Assembly: GCA_900765125.1 (NCBI GenBank)
Contig: CAAFQL010000257.1
Location: forward strand, 1 to 33,541
Direction of reading: 5' to 3'
Source of the DNA: Oscillospiraceae bacterium
GTDB taxonomy: Bacteria; Bacillota; Clostridia; Oscillospirales; Ruminococcaceae
Length of the DNA stretch: 33,541 nucleotides
In this document: piece by piece, positions 1-7,993 of the stretch
How the letters are laid out: each line of letters starts with the position of its first letter
How positions within the stretch are numbered: the stretch's first letter is position 1
Made by a program: the position numbers and the translations under genes
Notes under the pieces: generated by a model
What the model was told of the DNA's origin: nothing
The model's input: only the letters and a program-made list of their open reading frames with translations
Database searches by the model: none

Positions 1-1
1 A

Positions 2-1267
2 AGCTTTATTGCTTCCGACGTTCCGGCAGTTCTTGAATATACTAAGAACTATTATCTTTTGGAGCATGAAGAGATCGCTGTACTTGATAATAATGGTGTA
101 GAGATATTTGACAGCTTCGGCAGACGTATTCAGAAGGAGCTGAAAACAGCTGACTGGGATGTTGAGGCTATTGGTAAGGGCGGCTATGAGCATTTTATGC
201 TTAAAGAAATTCACGAGCAGCCAACGGCTATAAGAAATACCATCAAGCCAAGAATAAAGGACGGTCTGCCAAATCTTGAGGAATGCGGAATAACTCCTCA
301 GGTACTGAAAGAGTTCAGGCAGATATTCATCGTTGCCTGTGGTACGGCTATGCACGCAGGTATGATGGGCAAATATGTTGTGGAAAAGCTTGCAGGAGTT
401 CCTGTTATCGTTGATATTGCTTCTGAATTCAGATACAGAGACCCAATTGTAGGAGAGGGAGATCTTGTTATAATCATATCCCAGTCAGGCGAAACGGCTG
501 ATAGTAAGGCAGCTATGCATCTTGCAAAGGAAAAAGGTGCAAAGGCACTTGCCATCGTAAACGCTATGGGCAGTTCCATTGCAAGAGAAGCTGATATGCT
601 TATCTATACTCATGCAGGCCCTGAGATAGCCGTTGCATCTACAAAGGCTTATATGGTTCAGATAGCAGTAATGTATCTCTTTGCTTTTGAAATGGCACTT
701 GCTGTTGGAAAAATCGATGAAAACGAGTGTAGGAGGCTTGTATCACTTCTTGAGGAAACTCCAGACATGATAGAAAATATTCTTGAACATAAAGAAGCCA
801 CTCAGTATATTGCCTCATCTCTTATAAATGCAGACAGTCTTCTTTATATAGGAAGAGGTCTTGACTACGCTCTAAGCATGGAGGGTTCTCTTAAGCTCAA
901 GGAAATTTCCTATATTCATTCTGAGGCATACGCAGCAGGTGAGCTTAAACATGGTACCATTTCCCTTATAAATGAAGGTATGCCTGTTATTGCTGTTGCG
1001 ACACAGCAAGCTCTTTTTGACAAGACCATTAGCAATATACAGGAAGTAAAGTCACGTGGAGCTAAGGTCATACTTGTTTGCAGAGACAGCTATCAGCCTG
1101 AGCAGAACACAGCAGATATGAAATTTGGTCTGCCTGATTTTGATGATATGCTTATGCCTATGCTTGCTGTAGTTCCACTTCAGCTTATTGCATATTATAC
1201 ATCTGTACACAGAGGAAACGACGTTGATAAGCCAAGAAATTTAGCTAAATCCGTTACTGTTGAATAA
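2..1267 (+). CDS. glmS: Glutamine--fructose-6-phosphate aminotransferase, 5'-truncated by the window edge
   Basis: Frame is open from base 2 (SFIASDVPAVLEYTK). Contains HFMLKEIHEQP, ACGT, ISQSGETAD, GPEIAVASTKAY, EGSLKLKEISY, GELKHG and the C-terminal DKPRNLAKSVTVE signature. Confidence 0.98.
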   Translation, partial: SFIASDVPAVLEYTKNYYLLEHEEIAVLDNNGVEIFDSFGRRIQKELKTADWDVEAIGKGGYEHFMLKEIHEQPTAIRNTIKPRIKDGLPNLEECGITPQVLKEFRQIFIVACGTAMHAGMMGKYVVEKLAGVPVIVDIASEFRYRDPIVGEGDLVIIISQSGETADSKAAMHLAKEKGAKALAIVNAMGSSIAREADMLIYTHAGPEIAVASTKAYMVQIAVMYLFAFEMALAVGKIDENECRRLVSLLEETPDMIENILEHKEATQYIASSLINADSLLYIGRGLDYALSMEGSLKLKEISYIHSEAYAAGELKHGTISLINEGMPVIAVATQQALFDKTISNIQEVKSRGAKVILVCRDSYQPEQNTADMKFGLPDFDDMLMPMLAVVPLQLIAYYTSVHRGNDVDKPRNLAKSVTVE

Positions 1268-1296
1268 TAGTTGAATAAGAAAGGAACGTAAAATTT

Positions 1297-2538
1297 ATGT
1301 TTTCTAAAAAGAAAATGACTGCATTTATTTTAAGCTTTATGCTTTCTGTTTCCTGTATGGGAGCAGCTGCCATTTCTGCTGCGGCAACTGATACGACAAC
1401 CACTGTTTCAGAAACAGAGGAGGAGACTACAACTGAAACAGCTACAGAAGAGCCGGAGGAAATAACCTCCGGTGAGTATACATATCACATTGACGAGGAG
1501 TATGGTGGTGCAGTCATCACTGAATATGAGCCTAAGGAAAAGGATGTTGTAATTCCTGAGAAAATTGACGATGTGACTGTAGTTGGACTTGGTGATTTTA
1601 TTTTCAATGAGCAGTCTCAGATCGAAACTTTGACAATTCCGACAAATCTTTGTCATATCGGTGCCAGTGCATTTTATGGAACAAGCATCAGAGAATTTTT
1701 CGTAGAGGAAGGGCACTCTATGTATAAGGCGGAGGACGGCGTTCTGTTTTCAAAGGACGGTATCGCACTTGTTGCATATCCTCCTAAAAAGAAAGATACT
1801 TCATATGTTGTACCTGATGGGGTTGAGGAGCTTTATCACGGATGCTTTGCAAGCAATTCATACCTTACTGACGTACAGCTTCCCGACAGCCTTATCTATA
1901 TAGACTCATGGGCATTCGGAAATACTATTATTGAAAGTGTTGACATTCCGGAAAATGTAACAAGCATTGACAGCTATGCTTTTGCATATATGAAGAGGCT
2001 TACTTCTATTAAAATTCCGCCTGAACTTATTATTATTAAAGGTGCAACATTTGCAGGATGTTCAAATCTTAAGGATGTTACACTAAATGAAGGCCTTACT
2101 GAAATAGGTCAGAGCGCATTTGCAGGTACAGCAGTGCGCAGTATCGTAATACCAACCACAGTTGAATCTATCGGATATTGTGCATTTGGATACTCCGAAG
2201 ATCTTCAGACATCTTACAGCACACTGGTGATATATGGTCTGAGCGGCTCTATTGCCCAGACATATGCAAATGATAGTGATGAAGAATACGACTACAAGAA
2301 TAACTTTACATTTGTAGCCAAGACATCAGCTCAGATAAAGGCAATGCTTTCAGATGGTGAAGAAAATTCCGACAGTGAAAGTGAAGAGGCTACGGAGCCG
2401 GATGTTATTGTTGAAAAAGAAGATAACAGTACTTCACAGTTCTCATGGAAAGTGATAATCATTGCACTCGGTGCAGTTGTACTTTGCGGCGGTGTAGGTG
2501 CTATTGCAGTTTCCTCAAAGAAGAGTAAGAAGGGTTAA
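1297..2538 (+). CDS. BspA/TpLRR leucine-rich-repeat surface protein with signal peptide and C-terminal TM anchor
   Basis: N-terminal signal peptide, Thr/Glu linker, IPxxVxxIxxxAF repeats, DGVLFSKDG..LVAYP motif, hydrophobic C-terminus then a basic tail (SKKSKKG). AAGGA RBS upstream. Confidence 0.9.
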   Translation: MFSKKKMTAFILSFMLSVSCMGAAAISAAATDTTTTVSETEEETTTETATEEPEEITSGEYTYHIDEEYGGAVITEYEPKEKDVVIPEKIDDVTVVGLGDFIFNEQSQIETLTIPTNLCHIGASAFYGTSIREFFVEEGHSMYKAEDGVLFSKDGIALVAYPPKKKDTSYVVPDGVEELYHGCFASNSYLTDVQLPDSLIYIDSWAFGNTIIESVDIPENVTSIDSYAFAYMKRLTSIKIPPELIIIKGATFAGCSNLKDVTLNEGLTEIGQSAFAGTAVRSIVIPTTVESIGYCAFGYSEDLQTSYSTLVIYGLSGSIAQTYANDSDEEYDYKNNFTFVAKTSAQIKAMLSDGEENSDSESEEATEPDVIVEKEDNSTSQFSWKVIIIALGAVVLCGGVGAIAVSSKKSKKG

Positions 2539-2543
2539 GCCTT

Positions 2544-4001
2544 ATGAAAAGAAATAAGCTTTGTTTTATACTCGGAGCTGCATTTATGGTAAACTTATTT
2601 TCAGCACTGTCTGTCGGAGCTGAAGAGAAAGAACTCGAATATGAAGACCTTAACTATAAAATAGCAGATGATGGTCATGTTATAATCACAAACTGTTATC
2701 AGAGTGCCACAGAATGTACTGTTCCCGAAGAGATAGACGGTGCTCCTGTTACAGAAATCGCAGACAGTGCCTTTTCCGAGTGTTACTTTCTGAAGAAGCT
2801 TACTGTTCCGGACAGTGTAAAAATTATCGGCAGACAGGCATTTTCAGCTTGCTCAGAACTTAAAACAGTAAAGCTTCCTGTAGAAATTGAACAAATGGGA
2901 GCAGGTACATTTGATGCGTGTCCCGTGCTTGAAAGTGTTACTCTTCCAAAGGGAATTACAGAGCTTCCGGAGGCAACGTTTTATGAGTGCGAGGGACTTA
3001 AAACTGTTATCATGCCCGAAGGTATTGAAATCATCGGTTCAGAAAGCTTCTATGGATGTGAGTCTCTTTCTGAAATAATATTTCCAAACAGCCTTACATC
3101 AATAGGAGATTATGCATTTCAGGGCTGCTCCTCTCTTAAAACTGTGACACTTACGGAAAACGTGCAGAATTTAGGTTCGTATATATTCTATGGCTGCAAG
3201 TCTTTGAATGATATTGAAACAAAGGATACAAATTCTATGTTCGCAAGTCGGGACGGTGTTCTCTTTACAAAAGACGGCGTAACTCTTGTTCGTTATCCTG
3301 AAGCCAAAAGGGAAGAAAGCTATACTATTCCAGAAGGCTGTACGCAGCTTGCAAACGGCAGCTTTGTAGATGCAGTATATCTGAAAAATATTGACCTTGG
3401 CAGCGCAACAGTCTATGGCATAGACGTTTTCTTTAGATGTACAGGACTTGAAAGCATTGTAATTCCGGAGGGTGCAGAGAGATTATCTTCAAATATGTTT
3501 GCGTACTGCTCATCTATGAAAAGCGTATCTCTTCCTTCTACTCTCAAATCAATAGATGATTATGCATTTTATACCTGTGCTGCTCTGACGGAGGCAACAG
3601 TTCCGGAAGGCACGGAAAAACTTGGTGCATATAGCTTTTTCAACTGTATAGAGCTGAGAACACTTAATCTTCCTGATTCCATTACTGAAATAGGAGATGG
3701 TGCAATGGGCTATTATGCTGAATCTGAGGATACAGAGCCGAAAAAGCTTGATGGTTTTACTGTCGAATATTCATACAATGATGTTATACACAGCTTTGCC
3801 GAACAGTATGATCTTAACGGAACAGGAAGAGGGAGCAGTAAATTATGGATATGGTTTGCTGTTGCCGGCGGCGTAATACTTCTGGCAGGAGCAGTGATGC
3901 TTATAGTTATTCTTCGCCGAAGAGCATATATCCCTAAGCCTGTTAAGGGCGGCAGAACAGGCAGTGCCACAAAACGTTCTGAACAAAAAAAGAAAGGATA
4001 A
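2544..4001 (+). CDS. BspA/TpLRR leucine-rich-repeat surface protein with signal peptide and C-terminal TM anchor
   Basis: Signal peptide, many xIxxxAFxxCxxLxxVxLP repeats, DGVLFTKDG..LVRYP motif, TM segment LWIWFAVAGGVILLAGAVMLIVIL followed by RRR. Confidence 0.92.
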   Translation: MKRNKLCFILGAAFMVNLFSALSVGAEEKELEYEDLNYKIADDGHVIITNCYQSATECTVPEEIDGAPVTEIADSAFSECYFLKKLTVPDSVKIIGRQAFSACSELKTVKLPVEIEQMGAGTFDACPVLESVTLPKGITELPEATFYECEGLKTVIMPEGIEIIGSESFYGCESLSEIIFPNSLTSIGDYAFQGCSSLKTVTLTENVQNLGSYIFYGCKSLNDIETKDTNSMFASRDGVLFTKDGVTLVRYPEAKREESYTIPEGCTQLANGSFVDAVYLKNIDLGSATVYGIDVFFRCTGLESIVIPEGAERLSSNMFAYCSSMKSVSLPSTLKSIDDYAFYTCAALTEATVPEGTEKLGAYSFFNCIELRTLNLPDSITEIGDGAMGYYAESEDTEPKKLDGFTVEYSYNDVIHSFAEQYDLNGTGRGSSKLWIWFAVAGGVILLAGAVMLIVILRRRAYIPKPVKGGRTGSATKRSEQKKKG

Positions 4002-4006
4002 TCATA

Positions 4007-5647
4007 ATGAAAAGATCTATGTTACGTCGTTTTATAGCCGTGTCCGCTGCTGCAATCAGCTTTGTATCAGCATCTGTGTTTACAACTGCGTCAGCCAGCA
4101 GTGGTGCATATACACCGGAGGACAAAGAGGTAACATCATTCAGTGACGGTATTCTTACATATAGCGTGATAGACGATTCACGCTTTGTAGAGATAACAGA
4201 ATGCAGCTCTACAGCGTCGAATGTAAATATAATGCCAAAAATAGACGGTTATACTGTTACTGCTATTGCAGAGGGCGCTTTTGCGGGGTGTGGAAGTTTG
4301 CAGTCTGTAACGTTCCCTAAAAACGCAGAACTTACTTCTATTGGTGCATATGCTTTTGCAGAATGTACCGCTCTTAAAAACGTAACACTTCCTAATACCG
4401 TAAAGGACATTCCGATAGGTATGTTTGCATATTGTACGTCATTGGAAAGCGTAACATTTGGCAATGAAACGGTTTCTATAGGTGATGAGGCATTCCGTGG
4501 GTGCAGTGCTCTTAAAGAAATATCTCTTCCGGATACACTTACGGATATGGGTGACCTGGTATTCTATATGTGTACTGAACTTGAAAGTGTAGAGATACCA
4601 GAAAGCGTCTCTGCTCTTGGCGGCTATGATTTTGCACACTGTATGAGCCTTGAAAGTTTTCATATTGCAGCGTCTTTAGAAAGTCTTGGAGACGCACCGT
4701 TTATGGGCTGTAAAAATCTTACTGATATTACTGTAGATGAAAATAACCCAAACTACACGGTAAATGATGGCGTTCTTTACAGCAAGGACGAAACAGTGCT
4801 GTACTTTTATCCGCCGGCACGTGAAGATAAATCATTTACAGTGCCTGACGGAGTGATAGATATATATGACGGTTCGTTTTTTCGCTGTGAAAACTTACAG
4901 GAGGTAATTTTCCCTGATAGTCTGATAACTATTGGGTTAGGCGCTTTTGACTTTTGCTCGTCTTTAAACTATGTAAAGATTCCTGAAAGCGTGACCAATA
5001 TTATGAGCACAGCTTTTGCAGATTGTGATTCTCTTGAAAGTGTTACATTTGTAGGTGCAGATAACGAAACAGACGGCGAAGGCGCAGATCTTGTCATAGG
5101 TGATCATGCATTCTATGCGGATGAAAAGCTTATGGAAGTTATCCTGCCTAAGCGAACAGTAAGCATAGGAGATGAAGCGTTTGGCGTGACAGAGATACTG
5201 GACGATTCCGGAAATACCATTCCTATGGCTGTGGAAGGATTTATGCTGAGAGGCTTTGATTCTGCTGAAAGCTATATTAAGAATTGTGACGTAAGCGTAG
5301 GATTCAGCCCGAGAAGCTTTCCGTGGAAAAAGGTTGTATTCTGGGTTTGCGCAGGCGGAGCACTAATAGCAATAGCTTTCTTATCTGTTATCATAGTTAA
5401 GAAAAATATGATGACACCGGAAGAAAAGGAAGCTCTTCGTCTGGCAAAGGAAGAACGTGCAAAGCACGTAGAAGATGAAGAAGTTACTGCTGAGGACGAC
5501 GGCTATAAGAGCATTATCGGAGACGATGATGACGATAACGCTGAAAAAGCAGAAAGTCAGCCTGACAGTGAAGAGGAATTAAACCATTTCCGCAGTGCAT
5601 CTCCTTCCAGACTGCATAATATAGGGCACGGAGACGAAGAAAAATAA
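4007..5647 (+). CDS. BspA/TpLRR leucine-rich-repeat surface protein with TM anchor and long charged cytoplasmic tail
   Basis: GAAAGGA RBS, signal peptide, AFxxCxxLxSVxFP repeats, DGVLYSKD..LYFYP motif, TM segment VVFWVCAGGALIAIAFLSVIIV, ~80-aa acidic tail. Confidence 0.92.
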   Translation: MKRSMLRRFIAVSAAAISFVSASVFTTASASSGAYTPEDKEVTSFSDGILTYSVIDDSRFVEITECSSTASNVNIMPKIDGYTVTAIAEGAFAGCGSLQSVTFPKNAELTSIGAYAFAECTALKNVTLPNTVKDIPIGMFAYCTSLESVTFGNETVSIGDEAFRGCSALKEISLPDTLTDMGDLVFYMCTELESVEIPESVSALGGYDFAHCMSLESFHIAASLESLGDAPFMGCKNLTDITVDENNPNYTVNDGVLYSKDETVLYFYPPAREDKSFTVPDGVIDIYDGSFFRCENLQEVIFPDSLITIGLGAFDFCSSLNYVKIPESVTNIMSTAFADCDSLESVTFVGADNETDGEGADLVIGDHAFYADEKLMEVILPKRTVSIGDEAFGVTEILDDSGNTIPMAVEGFMLRGFDSAESYIKNCDVSVGFSPRSFPWKKVVFWVCAGGALIAIAFLSVIIVKKNMMTPEEKEALRLAKEERAKHVEDEEVTAEDDGYKSIIGDDDDDNAEKAESQPDSEEELNHFRSASPSRLHNIGHGDEEK

Positions 5648-5668
5648 ATATATTACTATTATTAAATA

Positions 5669-5705
5669 AAAAAGGCGGCAGTGCAATATGAACTGCTGCC
5701 TTTTT
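5669..5705. terminator. Bidirectional intrinsic terminator
   Basis: Stem AAAAAGGCGGCAGT / ACTGCTGCCTTTTT between convergent genes, with A and T tracts on either side. Confidence 0.85.
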
Positions 5706-5713
5706 GCTGATTC

Positions 5714-7063
5714 TCAAGTTGTTTGACTATATTTCACAACTTCTATTTCATTTATATTATAGAATCTCAGAACGTCTGCGGTACTTTGGTCTATGACCTC
5801 ACCGCTTATTACAATAGGCACTGCCGGTGGACATGGAACACGTACACCAGCACATATTCGCCCAACTGCATTTTCTACAGGTATGATTTTACTTTCAGCT
5901 AATGCCGCCTCACGCATATTCATCATAACTGATGGCTGTGTGAATGATGGAGGTTTTTGTGCCATATTTTCGCTTTTTATAAATCCGCTGCATTGCTGCA
6001 ATGCATTATACAGACGTACAAGATTTTCCGCCTTTTCAGCTGCGGATAACAGCAGTACTACAGCTTCAGTGCCCGCATATTCTGCAAAACAGTCCAGCCT
6101 TTCGAGAGCTTTTGCAAGATCTTTTCCGCATATACCCATTGAAGCCGTGTCAATTACAATATGGAAAGGATCACGTCCGCCTGTGAATATGTACTTATTT
6201 TGCAGACGCTTTTTCATTTCTTCTATAGTTTTGATAACTCTTTCTATGTTTTTCTTTGCTTCATTTTGCAGAAAAACATTGCATAGGTCAAGTGACAAAA
6301 GCATAAGATATGATGGACTTGTTGAGCCAAACATACTCATAGCGCCTTTTAATCGGCCTTTGTATTTTTTATTTGATGTATGTAAGTAGGCACAGCCTGT
6401 AAGACATGGAAGCATTTTGTGGGCGGAATCACAGCACAGATCTGCTCCAAGTGCCATGGGATGAATGTTGTCACGGAAAAAAGCAAGATGTGCTCCATGA
6501 GCGTTATCTACAAGCAGAGGCGCATTATGTCGATGACTTACTTTTGCAAGAGACTCAATATCTGCCATATTACCGAGGTAATCCGGAGATGTTATATAAA
6601 CGCAGCAAGGCTGATCCTTTATATCACGAAGAGCCTTTTCAAAGTCTGTCGGGTCAAACTTACCTGAAAGTATGCCGTTTTCTTCTTTGGGATAAATCCA
6701 TGTTACTTCTATTCCAAGCAGAATACAGGCATTCAGAAAAGCCTTATGTACTGTTCTTCCTGCTATAACACGTCTATTTTCCTGTTTCATAAGATATAAC
6801 ATTGCCTGTATGCATAATGTCGAACCTCCGCAGGAGTAGACGGTTTCCTCTGTGCCGAAAAGTAAAGATGCATTTTGTTCACTTTTTCTAATAATACCGT
6901 CTGCTTCAAAAAGGCTGTCTGCTCCTGAGATTTCTGTTATATCAAATGAATATAGGTTCATAAGCTCCGGTACAGGGGATATTCCCTTATGTCCCGGCAT
7001 ATGCGCTCTTAAAAAGTTTTTCTTTGAATATTCTATCAAAAAATTATAAATTGGTGTTTCCAT
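5714..7063 (-). CDS. PLP-dependent Orn/Lys/Arg decarboxylase family protein (YaaO-like)
   Basis: HMPGHKG, DITEISGADSL, GSTLCI, ITSPDYLG, LVDNAHGAH, DSAHKMLP (PLP lysine), STSPSY, PCPPAVP. Start moved to ATG 7063 because AGGAG (7076-7080) directly abuts the 7075 ATG. Confidence 0.9.
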   Translation of the reverse strand: METPIYNFLIEYSKKNFLRAHMPGHKGISPVPELMNLYSFDITEISGADSLFEADGIIRKSEQNASLLFGTEETVYSCGGSTLCIQAMLYLMKQENRRVIAGRTVHKAFLNACILLGIEVTWIYPKEENGILSGKFDPTDFEKALRDIKDQPCCVYITSPDYLGNMADIESLAKVSHRHNAPLLVDNAHGAHLAFFRDNIHPMALGADLCCDSAHKMLPCLTGCAYLHTSNKKYKGRLKGAMSMFGSTSPSYLMLLSLDLCNVFLQNEAKKNIERVIKTIEEMKKRLQNKYIFTGGRDPFHIVIDTASMGICGKDLAKALERLDCFAEYAGTEAVVLLLSAAEKAENLVRLYNALQQCSGFIKSENMAQKPPSFTQPSVMMNMREAALAESKIIPVENAVGRICAGVRVPCPPAVPIVISGEVIDQSTADVLRFYNINEIEVVKYSQTT

Positions 7064-7071
7064 AATATATA

Positions 7072-7356
7072 TCATCTCCTAAGAATTGACAGATAAAATT
7101 TGATTCTTTTTAGTGCTTCTATCTTTGCATGGGATACAGCAGATTCTGTTATGCCGAGATGCTCTGCAATGTCACGCTGTTTCATGCCTTTATAATAGTA
7201 TAGCACAATTACTTGTTTTTGTCGACGTGTAAGTCGTGATTTAATTAAAACTTTTAAAGCCTCTGATGCCTGTTTCTGCCAGCACTTTTCTTCTTCACGA
7301 TCTTCAAATGGCTCAAATTTCATCGAATCATAAAGCGAAACTCGTTTCATCTTCAT
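7072..7356 (-). CDS. Small sigma-70 region-4 (HTH) domain protein, 94 aa
   Basis: LTRRQKQVIVLYYYKGMKQRDIAEHLGITESAVSHAKIEALKRIK is a typical region-4 HTH. No region 2 visible. ATGA overlap with the upstream gene. Confidence 0.85.
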   Translation of the reverse strand: MKMKRVSLYDSMKFEPFEDREEEKCWQKQASEALKVLIKSRLTRRQKQVIVLYYYKGMKQRDIAEHLGITESAVSHAKIEALKRIKFYLSILRR

Positions 7357-7562
7357 TTGCAGTAATCCTGTAATCCTTTCATTATATTAAGAATATCAAG
7401 TCGTTCCTCCCTGAGAGTGCGCCGTCGGCTCGAAAGCTCCTTGTATTGTGTCTCTGGTACTCTGAATTTAAGTTGTTTGTTTATCTCCTCAATTCGTTCC
7501 GTGAGAAGATTACAGCTTATCCTATAGTCTTCCATAAGTGTTTTCATTTCCATCGTTCCCAT
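7353..7562 (-). CDS. Hypothetical 69-aa helical/coiled-coil protein
   Basis: AAGGAG RBS at 7575-7580, consensus promoter upstream, ATGA coupling to the next gene. Confidence 0.75.
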   Translation of the reverse strand: MGTMEMKTLMEDYRISCNLLTERIEEINKQLKFRVPETQYKELSSRRRTLREERLDILNIMKGLQDYCK

Positions 7563-7680
7563 GATGTGATTCTACTCCTTCCTGTTTAATGTAATATTAT
7601 ATAAATCTTGTTTTACGGCATATAACTTAACTTCTTATGCCATTTTTCAAATTGAGTAAAAATTCCTCCTCTCTATTATT

Positions 7681-7709
7681 AGTATAACTCGTTTTGAACA
7701 ATATGTCAA
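7681..7709 (-). promoter_or_regulatory. Sigma-A promoter for the 7562-5714 operon
   Basis: Minus strand TTGACA (7709-7704), 17-nt spacer, TATACT (7686-7681). Confidence 0.8.
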
Positions 7710-7854
7710 GAGTAATTTCTCATTTTGAGTAATATTTTTGAGAAAATGCATTTTTCAGAGATGTCAAACTCACTAAAAAAGAAGTATATAGATATTCTTA
7801 TATGAGCAAAAAAACGAAAAACAAAGCGTTCACTTGAAAATAAAATGAAATCCC

Positions 7855-7883
7855 TTGAACTTTTAAAGCACTTGTGGTAATAT
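7855..7883 (+). promoter_or_regulatory. Probable sigma-A promoter for the LtaS-like gene
   Basis: TTGAAC (7855-7860), 17-nt spacer, TAATAT (7878-7883) with extended -10 TG. Confidence 0.55.
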
Positions 7884-7993
7884 TAAGAGGTAACTTAGCC
7901 GGAACTATGAATCAGAATCCGGTGGTGTTGCCTAATATACGAAATATTGGCTTTTATCTGCGAAATGCAGTGATATTCAGGATTGGTGAGATT

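Noticed and set aside
59..61. Track start of glmS at 59
   Set aside because: The frame is open from base 2 with GlmS-like sequence, so the gene starts before the window.
1733..4790. Similar GAYGGYGTTCT...AARGAC segments in the three LRR genes as recombination or shuffling sites
   Set aside because: They differ at synonymous positions, which reflects protein motif conservation, and no recombinase gene is present.
5793..6389. 198-aa plus-strand ORF, and similar shadow ORFs (11755-12261, 18672-19196, 24492-24893, 28311-28838, 32246-32677)
   Set aside because: Antisense to well-supported genes, with no recognisable motifs.
7627..7670. AGGAGG on the minus strand suggesting a leader peptide
   Set aside because: The nearest start codons are 14 nt or more away and give ORFs of only 2-7 codons.
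7696..7707. GAAC-AATA-TGTC as a LexA (Cheo) box
   Set aside because: Two mismatches to GAAC-N4-GTTC, and the TGTC is explained by the -35 element.
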